From: Armatimonadota bacterium
GTDB taxonomy: Bacteria > Armatimonadota > Fimbriimonadia > Fimbriimonadales > GBS-DC
DNA length: 64,000 bases
Reading direction: 5' to 3'
NCBI GenBank assembly: GCA_037444405.1
Contig: JBBIML010000014.1
Span: 45,689-109,688 of the forward strand
Shown in pieces: positions 30,212 to 39,929 of the stretch (the stretch's first letter is position 1; every line of letters begins with the position of its first letter). The notes beneath the pieces were generated by a model. That model was not told the origin of the DNA and searched no databases. It was given only the letters and a program-made list of their open reading frames with translations. The position numbers and the translations under genes are program-made.

Positions 30212-32944
30212 ATGATGCGGTTCTGCATATCTGGATGGGTTTTAAGCGTTATGCTGGTCGTCACGAGCCTGACACCTTTATGGGGGCAGCGCGTGTACGA
30301 TCCCTTCAGCTTCCCCTGCTGCTGCCCCACCGATCAGGGCGGCTGCGTAGAGAACCCTGTAAGCGACGATTATGCGGCGATTAACATCACCAATGGCGTG
30401 CTGGGCGCCACTTTGGGGCTGGGTGGCACTATTCAGTGGTACACAGGTTGCTTCCCGATGACCAATACGCGGTGCATCACGCTGCAGGCGGAAGGTAGCA
30501 TCCAGTTCGGCACCAGCGGTGGTACCAGCCTGCTGCGCGGTAATGATGATAATATCGCGATGACCTCCGGCTACCCATGGGCAGTCTATCCTGGTGGAAT
30601 TTATATCAGCATGCAGGAACAGCGTGGGAACCAGACGCGCACCTTCGTGTGGGGGCGCGAACAGGGCGCTCCCAGCCTAATCTTCGATCGCGCCTGGCCC
30701 GGTGTCAGCGGCGTCTATATTCGGCGCCAGTGGTATGTGGAGGGCTGGCAGACCGATATGCGCATCGAGCTGATCCAGTCGGTGGCGCGTATCGAGCTGC
30801 GCGTGCGCAACACCGGCACCGAAGCGGCGTCGCTTGCGCTGCGCCTGGCATCCGATGTGGAGGTGGGTGTCGAGGAAGGTGTGGACCCGAACGGCGCGTC
30901 GCTGCCCCCCTATGTCTATGTGCAGGGTCAGCGCCCCATTAAAGTGGACACCGATTTGCGCGGTGTGCAGGTGCCGCCTGCGGTGGAGTTCTATCTTTCA
31001 CGCGGCGATCTCAACGGCGCGTCGCGCTACATCCTGCGCCCGATGCCCGGCTTCGAAGACGCCACCCCCATCGACCGCCTGGTGTTCGGTGAGTGGTTCT
31101 TCATTCAGGCGACCACCAACTGGGAGCCAGTGCTGTTCCCCGATAGATTTATCAGCGATGTGGCGGTTAACATGTTCGTGAATCCGCGCAACTTCGCGCC
31201 GGGTCAGGAGCGCGTGTTCGTGTTCTATGTGGTGCTGACCCCCGTCGATATCGATGTGCAGCCGCCTCTGGCAGTCGGGGTGGAAACCCTGCCCGTCATC
31301 GAACCGAACCAGCAGGATCTGTCCCAGCTGGCGAACGGCGGCGTGTTCGATGTGATTGCCTCGGTCACCAACATGTTCCATGTGGTGGACAAGGAGGTTG
31401 ACCTGCGCAATGTGACGGTCGATCTGGCGCTGCCTGCGGGGCTGAGCCTGGCATCCGGGGAAACGCGCACCAAAAGCATCGCGCAGATTCAACCGGAATC
31501 GACCGGTTCGGTTCGGTGGCGCGTGGTTGCCGATCCGAAGGCAGTGGGCTTTTCGACCATCCGTGTCTCGGTGAACGCGCCGCCCGCGCCGCCCAAAACG
31601 GTCAGCCGCACGATTTTGATTTCCGCCACCGCGAGCCGCGAGCTGAAACGCGGATTCCAGATAGTTTCGATCCCCTTCACTACGACGGCGCCGCTGGTCG
31701 ATGTGCTGGGTCTACCTGAAGGCACCTACCTTGCTAAGCGCTGGAACCCCGACCGGGAAGTGTACGAGACGGTGGATGTCCTGCAGCCCGGCATCGGGTT
31801 CTGGCTCTACCTGCCCAACGAGGGCACAAACATCACCATGAGCAATGTGCGCTTCCCGCCTGCGGTCTTCACTGCCAGCGTGCCGATCCGCCTCAGCCGC
31901 GGATGGAACCAGATTGGCAATCCCTATCCGTACCCGCTGGTGCTGGGGCAGATCGTGGTGGTAAGTGCGAGCGATCCACGCACCAGCCTCAGCTTCTTCG
32001 AAGCTGCCCAGCGTGGGGTCATTCGCGGCGTCATCTACTACTGGGACGAGTTCTTCGGCGAATATAAGTTCACTTCCGACCCCAACACGCCCCTGATACC
32101 GCACAGGGGGTACTGGATCAAGTGCAACGACGATATTGATCTGGTGTTTCCGCCCGTGTTCATGCCTGGCACAGGATTCGGTGGCGTGATCGGCGGACGC
32201 TCCGCCTCGGAGCAGCCAAATCGCCCCAATGAGTGGCGTCTGCAGCTGATTGCTCGCACCGAGCGCGGCGAGGACAGCCAGAATTATATCGGTCTCACCA
32301 GCGGTCGCTCGGCAGGTGAGGTGGAGGAGCCGCCCGCACCGTTAGCTGAGGTGCCCGTGCGCCTGACCATTCTCAAACCGGGCACAAACGCGCCCCTGAT
32401 GCAGGATGTGCGTCCCGCCTCCGCCACGCGCCACACCTTCGAACTGCTGGTGGAGGCGCCAGCGGGCACAGAAGTGAGCCTGCGCGCGCCTAATGTGCGC
32501 ACCGTGCCGCGCACCTACCGCCTGCGCCTGACCGATCAAAGCACGGGGCGCACGGTCGACTTGCGCAACACGCCCGAATATCGCTTCACTTCCAGCGGGC
32601 GCAACCGATTCACGCTGAGCGTGGAGCGCGGCGCGCGCGGTGGTGCGCTCATCACCAGCATCAGCGTGGGCGCAGCGGGGCGTGGCGCAAACAGCGTCAG
32701 CATCTCCTATGTGCTGGCGCAGGACGCCCAGACCAATGTGCAGATTCTGGGCGCGGACGGACGCCTCATCGCCAGCCTGCAACAGGGGCGCGCTGCCACA
32801 CGCGGCGTGAACACCGTCGTCTGGAACCTGCGCGATAACGCCGGACGCGCTGTGCCACCTGGCACCTATCGTGTGCAGGTCGAAGCCCGCGACTCCGACG
32901 GGCAGATCGCGCGCGCGGTACGACCGCTTATCGTAACGCGCTAA
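30212..32944 (+). CDS. Large exported protein (Cys-rich N-terminus, beta-rich) with the shared C-terminal module and FlgD-Ig domain
   Basis: Signal peptide; PCCCPTDQGGC; GWNQIGNPY; WNLRDNAGRAVPPGTY; ends ARAVRPLIVTR; SD GGAGGAG. Confidence 0.85.
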   Translation: MMRFCISGWVLSVMLVVTSLTPLWGQRVYDPFSFPCCCPTDQGGCVENPVSDDYAAINITNGVLGATLGLGGTIQWYTGCFPMTNTRCITLQAEGSIQFGTSGGTSLLRGNDDNIAMTSGYPWAVYPGGIYISMQEQRGNQTRTFVWGREQGAPSLIFDRAWPGVSGVYIRRQWYVEGWQTDMRIELIQSVARIELRVRNTGTEAASLALRLASDVEVGVEEGVDPNGASLPPYVYVQGQRPIKVDTDLRGVQVPPAVEFYLSRGDLNGASRYILRPMPGFEDATPIDRLVFGEWFFIQATTNWEPVLFPDRFISDVAVNMFVNPRNFAPGQERVFVFYVVLTPVDIDVQPPLAVGVETLPVIEPNQQDLSQLANGGVFDVIASVTNMFHVVDKEVDLRNVTVDLALPAGLSLASGETRTKSIAQIQPESTGSVRWRVVADPKAVGFSTIRVSVNAPPAPPKTVSRTILISATASRELKRGFQIVSIPFTTTAPLVDVLGLPEGTYLAKRWNPDREVYETVDVLQPGIGFWLYLPNEGTNITMSNVRFPPAVFTASVPIRLSRGWNQIGNPYPYPLVLGQIVVVSASDPRTSLSFFEAAQRGVIRGVIYYWDEFFGEYKFTSDPNTPLIPHRGYWIKCNDDIDLVFPPVFMPGTGFGGVIGGRSASEQPNRPNEWRLQLIARTERGEDSQNYIGLTSGRSAGEVEEPPAPLAEVPVRLTILKPGTNAPLMQDVRPASATRHTFELLVEAPAGTEVSLRAPNVRTVPRTYRLRLTDQSTGRTVDLRNTPEYRFTSSGRNRFTLSVERGARGGALITSISVGAAGRGANSVSISYVLAQDAQTNVQILGADGRLIASLQQGRAATRGVNTVVWNLRDNAGRAVPPGTYRVQVEARDSDGQIARAVRPLIVTR

Positions 32945-32951
32945 AATTCAC

Positions 32952-32976
32952 GGGGGTAGCCGTCAACGCTGCCCCC
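32952..32976. other. Intra-operon stem-loop
   Basis: gggggtagc/gctgccccc, 9 bp including one G-U pair. Confidence 0.5.
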
Positions 32977-32999
32977 AAACCAAACAGGGAGGCAAATCG

Positions 33000-33689
33000 G
33001 TGAAACGGACTGTTCTGACCGGGGCACTCATGATTCATCTGCTGCTCGCAGGCGCGTTCGCCAGCACGCGCGAGCTGGTCATCTTGCCCTTCGGCATGGG
33101 CAGCGGCGTGCAACAGCCGCAGGATTTCAACCTGAATACGGAGCTGACGAACGCGCTCTATGCCCAGCTGAAGGCGATCCCCGACCTGTATGTGATGCGC
33201 TTCAAGGAGACGAACCCAGCGGTGCGCCGTGCGCTGGACGAGAACCGCCTGCGCCGCGACCGCCTGAACCCGCCCTTTAATGTGCGTGAGGCGGATGGCA
33301 CATGGCGCTCCGCCCGAATCGGGCAGATTCTGGGCGTGACCTATGCGCTGGCGGGCAATATCGAGGAGTTCCGCTATGATCCCGACACCCGAACGGCGAC
33401 CATCACGGTGAGCATGGACCTGGTGCAGGTGTCGGACGGCACCGTGCTGGTCTCGCTGGCGGAGACGGGTCAGGGACGCCTGAGTGGCGACGACCCGAAC
33501 ACCGCTTATATAGCCGCGATTGCCAGCGTCGCCAAGAAGCTGGGCGCGTCGCTGCAGGAGCGGTTGACCCCACCTGCACCCGCCGAGCCGCCCAAAACAC
33601 CGAAAGTGTCCATCCGCCGCACGGAGCGAGCCACTGCTGCCATTTTTGGACTGCTGATTCTGGTGGGGTTGCGCCTCACCTTTTTCTAA
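33000..33689 (+). CDS. Small CsgG/LpoB-fold exported protein with C-terminal hydrophobic anchor
   Basis: Signal peptide; LVILPF...IGQILGVTYALAGNIEEF...SMDLVQVSDG; Pro/Lys linker, then ATAAIFGLLILVGLRLTFF. Confidence 0.7.
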   Translation: MKRTVLTGALMIHLLLAGAFASTRELVILPFGMGSGVQQPQDFNLNTELTNALYAQLKAIPDLYVMRFKETNPAVRRALDENRLRRDRLNPPFNVREADGTWRSARIGQILGVTYALAGNIEEFRYDPDTRTATITVSMDLVQVSDGTVLVSLAETGQGRLSGDDPNTAYIAAIASVAKKLGASLQERLTPPAPAEPPKTPKVSIRRTERATAAIFGLLILVGLRLTFF

Positions 33690-33692
33690 CGC

Positions 33693-35636
33693 ATGCGAAC
33701 TGGGTTGTTGCGCAGGGCGCGTTTGAGCTGGGCAGGGAGCCTGTGGCTGGTTCTCTGCCTGCTTGCTCATGGCGGTTCCGGCACCATTCGGCTCACGGCA
33801 TACCCCACTGCGCTCGTGGCGGATGGCGCGTCTTCCGTCACGCTCACCGCTGAAGTGCGCACCGCGCAGGGCAAACCGGTGCCCGACGGCACTCAGGTTA
33901 CCTTCAGCACCACGCTGGGCACTCTGCGCGAATCGGTGGTTCCCACCGAAGGCGGTGTGGCGCGCGCGACGCTGATTGCCAGCCAGCTGCCCGGCGTCGC
34001 TCTTGTCACCGCCACCGCGCTGGGGCAGGGGCTTGTGGCGCAGACGCAGGTGATGATGGTGCGCGACGCCAGCGAGCTGCGCACCGCCACCGACTATGTG
34101 CAGGTAACAGCGTCTGACTATCTGGCTTACGCGAACGAACAGCGTGTGATTGCCGCCAGCGGGCGCGACAAAGGCGCAACCATCCAGTACGGCTTCATCC
34201 GCATCGAAGCCGACGACCTGCAACTGCTGGTGGATGACCTGCAGGTGAAAGCCCGCAACGCGACGCTCCACTACGGACCTGCCACGCTCAGCTTCGATGA
34301 GCTTGCCTGCAACCTGCGCACGGGCGACGGCTACGGGACTGTTCAGCAGGAAGGACGATGGCAGGTGATGCGCGTTCAGAGCGCCCGCGCGACCCCTGTG
34401 CAGGAGCCGCTCCCGCCAGAAATGTTCCGCTTCGAAGACATCTCCCAATCGGAGATGGTGATCAAGGCGGAGCAGATATGGTTCTATCCGGGCGAGCGGT
34501 TGCAGTTCCATCGCGCCGATTTTTATGTGGGTGCGGTGCGCGTGATGAGCCTGCCGCTCTATTCGCACAGCCTGTGGGGTGGTGTGGGTACCGATACCCT
34601 GATTGGCGTGCAGGGCAGTCAGCTCTATCTCGATCTGCCCTATTATTATGCGCTCAAGCCGGGTCAGGTGGGCGCGCTGCGGTTGCGCACGGCGCAGCGG
34701 GGCGGTCGCGGCGTCAGCAGCGCGCGCGGGCTGTTCCTTGATCTGGAGCATGAGTACCGCTTCGGGCTGGGCAGGGGGAGTTTCACGGTGTCCAGCCTCG
34801 CTCGCGAGGATTGGGGCATCAGCTGGCGCCACTATCAGCCGCTGGGCGCGTCGATGCGCCTGAACCTATGGCTCGACTCGCCCGCGCACAGGGGTCTGTT
34901 CGCCTCTGCGCAGCTGTCGCATCAGGGCAGGAGCTACTCCACCGGACTGACGCTCGCGGGCAGCACCTTCTGGGAGGGTGCCCGCGCCCGCACCCTGCGC
35001 GCCGAGTTCTATGTGGAGAGCAACCCGCGCAAGGTGACTAACTGGCCGCTGCGCCAGAGCCTCTCGCTGAATCTCAGCTCCGCGCGCACGCACCTGAGCG
35101 GTTCATCGGGCACGCGGCGCGACGGGGTGGGACTGCGCGCCCGCTGGACGCTCGTGCCGCTCGATCTGGACAGCCGTACCACGCTGACAGGCGGGTTGAG
35201 CATCGGGCGCTTTCTGGGCAACCTGCCGAACGCGGGCTGGGAACTGCTCGGCTCGCTGGGCATCTCGCATGCGCTGGGCAGCGGCGCTCTCACGCTCACC
35301 TACGACTATGCGCAGGACCCGCTCGGCATCAACTTGCTGGGGCAGCACCGACTGTCGGGCAGCCTCAACTGGACAATCGGTGACCGCCTCTACGCCACCG
35401 CCTACGGCAGCCGCTCGCTGGATCGGGACGCCACCAGCCTCATCGCCGACCTCTCATGGCGGCTGGGCACACGCTGGCGCATCGGCACGGGCATCACCTG
35501 GCAGCAGTTTCACGGCTCTGCCTTTCGCGACCAGACCTACACCATCGCCTATCGGCTCGGATTCCGCGAACTCGCGCTCACATGGTCCACTTTTAGCCGC
35601 CGCTGGAGCTTTGATCTGCTGACCGTTTTTTATTGA
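33693..35636 (+). CDS. Outer-membrane protein: invasin/Big_1 Ig domain, OstA-like jellyroll and LptD-like beta-barrel
   Basis: LVADGASSVTLTAEVRTAQGKPVPDGTQVTFSTTLG; IEADDLQL; IKAEQIWFYPGERLQFHRADFYVG..VMSLP; YLDLPYYY; amphipathic strands; aromatic C-terminus VFY. Confidence 0.72.
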   Translation: MRTGLLRRARLSWAGSLWLVLCLLAHGGSGTIRLTAYPTALVADGASSVTLTAEVRTAQGKPVPDGTQVTFSTTLGTLRESVVPTEGGVARATLIASQLPGVALVTATALGQGLVAQTQVMMVRDASELRTATDYVQVTASDYLAYANEQRVIAASGRDKGATIQYGFIRIEADDLQLLVDDLQVKARNATLHYGPATLSFDELACNLRTGDGYGTVQQEGRWQVMRVQSARATPVQEPLPPEMFRFEDISQSEMVIKAEQIWFYPGERLQFHRADFYVGAVRVMSLPLYSHSLWGGVGTDTLIGVQGSQLYLDLPYYYALKPGQVGALRLRTAQRGGRGVSSARGLFLDLEHEYRFGLGRGSFTVSSLAREDWGISWRHYQPLGASMRLNLWLDSPAHRGLFASAQLSHQGRSYSTGLTLAGSTFWEGARARTLRAEFYVESNPRKVTNWPLRQSLSLNLSSARTHLSGSSGTRRDGVGLRARWTLVPLDLDSRTTLTGGLSIGRFLGNLPNAGWELLGSLGISHALGSGALTLTYDYAQDPLGINLLGQHRLSGSLNWTIGDRLYATAYGSRSLDRDATSLIADLSWRLGTRWRIGTGITWQQFHGSAFRDQTYTIAYRLGFRELALTWSTFSRRWSFDLLTVFY

Positions 35637-35652
35637 CGGGAGGGACTGCCCT

Positions 35653-36090
35653 GTGCGTTCGTCAACGGTCGCTGTATGGGTGTTGCGATTGCTCGGCGTG
35701 GGCTTTCTGGTATTCGGGCTGCTGTTCGCCTTCGCGCCGGCGGGCACCCTCGAATATTTCAACCGCTGGGGTCAGGCGCTGGGCTGGCAGGAGCCGATGC
35801 CCCTCGATGAGGGCGGACTCTGGCGGGTGCTGGCGGTTGCCTTCATGGTGATGGTGACGGTGCTGGCGTTCTGGGGCGCACAGCCGACTCCGGCGCGTCC
35901 CGCCCTGCTGATGGTGCTGACCCTCGGCAAGCTCAGTTCCTCCCTGCTGGCGCTGCTGTTCTACTGGCTGGTTGCTCCCCACTTTATCTACCTGCTCAAC
36001 TTTGCGGTGGATGGCTCCATCGCGCTGATCGTGTTCTGGTGTCGGCAAGTGTTGCGAGGCGCCGATTCGGTGGGAGGGGTTGCCCGATGA
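35653..36090 (+). CDS. Hypothetical 4-TM membrane protein
   Basis: Four hydrophobic segments; SD GGAGG; ATGA overlap with the next gene. Confidence 0.75.
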   Translation: MRSSTVAVWVLRLLGVGFLVFGLLFAFAPAGTLEYFNRWGQALGWQEPMPLDEGGLWRVLAVAFMVMVTVLAFWGAQPTPARPALLMVLTLGKLSSSLLALLFYWLVAPHFIYLLNFAVDGSIALIVFWCRQVLRGADSVGGVAR

Positions 36091-37166
36091 GCGGTCCCGA
36101 ACTGGGCGATCCGCTGCTATGGAACCGTCCGCGCTGGTATGGGCAGTCGCCCTTCTACGAGGTCTACTTTCTCAAACTGAACCTGCCTGCAACGGGAAGC
36201 GGCACGGAACACGCCGACTGGCGCCATGCCCTCTGGATACGCTACACGCTGACCGCCACGAAGGGCGAGCCACCGACTGGCGAGGTGTGGGCGTTCATCT
36301 TTGATGCCCAGATGCCCGAATGCAATCAGGGTGCAAAGGGAGCAGCATCCCCTGCGGATGTGCGCTGGCAGGCGGAGTTCCCCATCCGGATCGGCGCGAT
36401 AGGAGAACTGACGCACACAGACGCCACAGGCACGCTGCTTGTGGGTGGGCAACCCCTGCAGTGGACGCTTCACTGGGAGCCTGCGCGGTCGGCAATCGGG
36501 CTGTTCCCGATGCGCTGGATGTATGGAGCGCGGTTTCCCCGTACTAAATATGTGTCGCCGCACTGGGATGTGCGCGTCAGCGGCATGCTTCGCTGGGGCG
36601 ACCAGAGCTGGCAGGTTTGGGACGCGCCCGCCCAGCAGGCGCATATCTGGGGCACCCGCTACGCCGAACGCTGGGTGTGGGCGCACTGCAACACCTTTGT
36701 CGACGCGCCCGATGCCGTCTTCGAAGGGCTGGAGGTGCAGGTGCAGCTGGGGCGATGGCGAACGCCGCCGATGCGCATGCTCTACCTGCGCACCAGCGAA
36801 ATCCAGTTTTTCACCCGCCGCTGGCGAACCATCATCCAGAGGCGTGGCGGTCCTTCGCAAGTCTGGACTGCTGAAGCTGCGCTTCAGCAGTCCATAGGTC
36901 GATGGCGATTCGATGCCATAGAGGGCAATCTGCGCCTGACAGGTGAGTTGGATGCCGAACCGTTCCAGATTCTGGGCGCGTGCTACACCGACCCTGACGG
37001 CTCGCGCCGATGGTGCCATAACACCAAAATCGGGCGTGCAACGCTTCAGCTCTTTCGGCGAGTGGGCAGCGGCTGGCAGATGGTTCGGAGCCTGCACGCG
37101 CAAAACAGCTGCGCGATTGAATGGGTGGAACCCGCGCCCGATGCGCGAATCGAGAAGTGGGTCTGA
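36087..37166 (+). CDS. Hypothetical Trp-rich protein, tocopherol cyclase/AttH-like fold
   Basis: FYEVYFLK...LWIRYTL; QQAHIWGTRYAERWVWAHCN; YTDPDG..RWCHN. Confidence 0.6.
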   Translation: MSGPELGDPLLWNRPRWYGQSPFYEVYFLKLNLPATGSGTEHADWRHALWIRYTLTATKGEPPTGEVWAFIFDAQMPECNQGAKGAASPADVRWQAEFPIRIGAIGELTHTDATGTLLVGGQPLQWTLHWEPARSAIGLFPMRWMYGARFPRTKYVSPHWDVRVSGMLRWGDQSWQVWDAPAQQAHIWGTRYAERWVWAHCNTFVDAPDAVFEGLEVQVQLGRWRTPPMRMLYLRTSEIQFFTRRWRTIIQRRGGPSQVWTAEAALQQSIGRWRFDAIEGNLRLTGELDAEPFQILGACYTDPDGSRRWCHNTKIGRATLQLFRRVGSGWQMVRSLHAQNSCAIEWVEPAPDARIEKWV

Positions 37167-37169
37167 ACG

Positions 37170-39050
37170 ATGACGGATATCCATCCTGTGCTGACGCGAC
37201 TGGGACAGCATCTGTTCGGGCGGGACGGGCAGCTCGATTCAGAGGCGTGCGCAATATTCGGTCAGTGGCTGGCTCAGCTGGAGCCGTCGGTACGGCGGAT
37301 GCTGACCGCTCTGATGGTTGCCTGCGATGCCCTGCCGCTCATCTCGCCGTGCTGGAAGCCGCTGCGCTGGCTTTCGGACGAGGCGCTGACGCGCTTCGTG
37401 CAGGGAGTGCGCGATCCCTATCGCCTGCTGATCCTGCGGCTGGTGAAGGGGTTGTGTGGGGTGGCGTATCTTTCGGCGGAGGCGTTGAGCGAGCGTCTGG
37501 GTTATGGTGTCCAGCCTTACAAACAGCCGTATGCGCCGTTGCCGCCGGAGCTGCCCCTGCGTGTGGAGGTGCCTTCGGGTGGGTTCGAGGCGCGTTATGA
37601 TGTGGTGATTGTGGGCACGGGCGCAGGCGGGGCAACGGTTGCCCGCCGTCTCTCGGAGGCGGGGTTGAGCGTCGCGCTGGTGGAGGAGGGCGAGTTAGCC
37701 ACCCGCGCCCATACCCGGCTCCCTTTGCTGGAGCGGGCACGCCGCTTCTATCGCCAGAACGGCTTCACCGTTGCGCTGGGCATGCCACCCATCATCATGC
37801 CGATGGGACGCACGGTAGGCGGCACAACAGTGGTCAACTCTGGCACTTGCTTTCGCACGCCGCGCTTCGTGCTGGAACGCTGGCAAAAGGAGTTCGGCGT
37901 TCAGGGGCTGGAGCCAGCGGTGCTGGAACCCCTCTTTGAGTGGATCGAGCAGGAGCTTCGGATCGCGCCTGTTGCCGACGAGGTGCTGGGCGGGAACGGG
38001 CAGGTGGTTCGGCGGGGAGCGGAGCGGCTGAAGGTGCGCCATCAGCCGCTGAATCGCCCGCAGCGCGACTGTCATGGCACGGGCGTGTGCGCCCTTATCT
38101 GCCCGCGCGACGCGAAGCTCGACATGCGCTTCAGCATGCTGCTGCCCGCCCAGCAACACGGCGCCACCATCTTCGCCAGCTGTCGCGTGGAGCGCGTGCT
38201 GTTTGACGGCGAGCGCGCGGTGGGGGTGGAGGGAACGGTGCTGAACGGCAACGGACGCTTCCAGATATGGGCGAAGGAGGTGGTGCTGTGTGCGGGCGCG
38301 ATCCACACGCCCTGGCTGCTCCATCGGTCAGGGGTTCACCACCCGCGCATCGGGCATAACCTGCACATCCACCCTTCGGCGAGCGTGTTTGCCCGCATGC
38401 CAGAGCCTGTCAGGGCGTGGAGCGGCGTGATGCAGTCATACGGCGTCACGGAATGGATAGAGCAGGGCACGCTGATCGAGGCGACTTTTCCACCGCTGGC
38501 GATTGGCTACGGTCTTCATCCGCTGCCCTTCTGGGGTTCGGAACATCGCCGCCTGCTGGAGGATGTCGCGCATCTGACGGGGGTCGGCGTGCTGACGGCA
38601 GACGAGCGGAGTGAGGGGCGCGTGCTGCACCTGCCAGGCGCCAGTGAACCCGTGATTGTGTATCGCTTGCATCGGGCAGACGCCCAGCGTATACTGGAAG
38701 GGATGACGCGCGCGGCGCAGGTCTTCTTTGCGGGCGGCGCGGAGCGCGTCTACACCGATTTGCCCGGCGCGGAACAGCTCCGCACACCCGACGAGCTGGA
38801 TTGCCTGCTGAAGAGCAACGCCCGTTTGCTGAACCTGAGCGCGTACCATCCCGGCGGTACATGCTGTATGGGTGAGGACGAGCGGCGCTGCCCGGTGGAC
38901 AGCTTCGGGCGTGTGCGCGGGCGCACCCATCTGTGGGTTGCCGACGCCTCGCTGATCCCCACACCGACGGTGGTCAACCCGCAAATTACCATCATGATGC
39001 TGGCGGCGCGAGTGGCAGACGCACTCGTAGCACGGGCATCCTGCCCGTGA
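37170..39050 (+). CDS. GMC family oxidoreductase (long-chain alcohol oxidase-like)
   Basis: DVVIVGTGAGG, GRTVGGTTVVNSG, CHGTGVCALICP, AYHPGGTC, VADASLIPT..VVNPQITIM. Confidence 0.92.
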   Translation: MTDIHPVLTRLGQHLFGRDGQLDSEACAIFGQWLAQLEPSVRRMLTALMVACDALPLISPCWKPLRWLSDEALTRFVQGVRDPYRLLILRLVKGLCGVAYLSAEALSERLGYGVQPYKQPYAPLPPELPLRVEVPSGGFEARYDVVIVGTGAGGATVARRLSEAGLSVALVEEGELATRAHTRLPLLERARRFYRQNGFTVALGMPPIIMPMGRTVGGTTVVNSGTCFRTPRFVLERWQKEFGVQGLEPAVLEPLFEWIEQELRIAPVADEVLGGNGQVVRRGAERLKVRHQPLNRPQRDCHGTGVCALICPRDAKLDMRFSMLLPAQQHGATIFASCRVERVLFDGERAVGVEGTVLNGNGRFQIWAKEVVLCAGAIHTPWLLHRSGVHHPRIGHNLHIHPSASVFARMPEPVRAWSGVMQSYGVTEWIEQGTLIEATFPPLAIGYGLHPLPFWGSEHRRLLEDVAHLTGVGVLTADERSEGRVLHLPGASEPVIVYRLHRADAQRILEGMTRAAQVFFAGGAERVYTDLPGAEQLRTPDELDCLLKSNARLLNLSAYHPGGTCCMGEDERRCPVDSFGRVRGRTHLWVADASLIPTPTVVNPQITIMMLAARVADALVARASCP

Positions 39051-39059
39051 GCATCGGGT

Positions 39060-39892
<833 letters not shown>

Positions 39893-39929
39893 CGGTGCCT
39901 CCTGATCCTGCTGAAGCAGGGCTTCATAA

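Noticed and set aside
19790..35636. Interpreting the operon as flagellar (FlgD/FlgT) or curli biogenesis genes
   Set aside because: No flagellar structural genes or curlin repeats are present; the FlgD-Ig and CsgG-like parts are domains within unrelated architectures.
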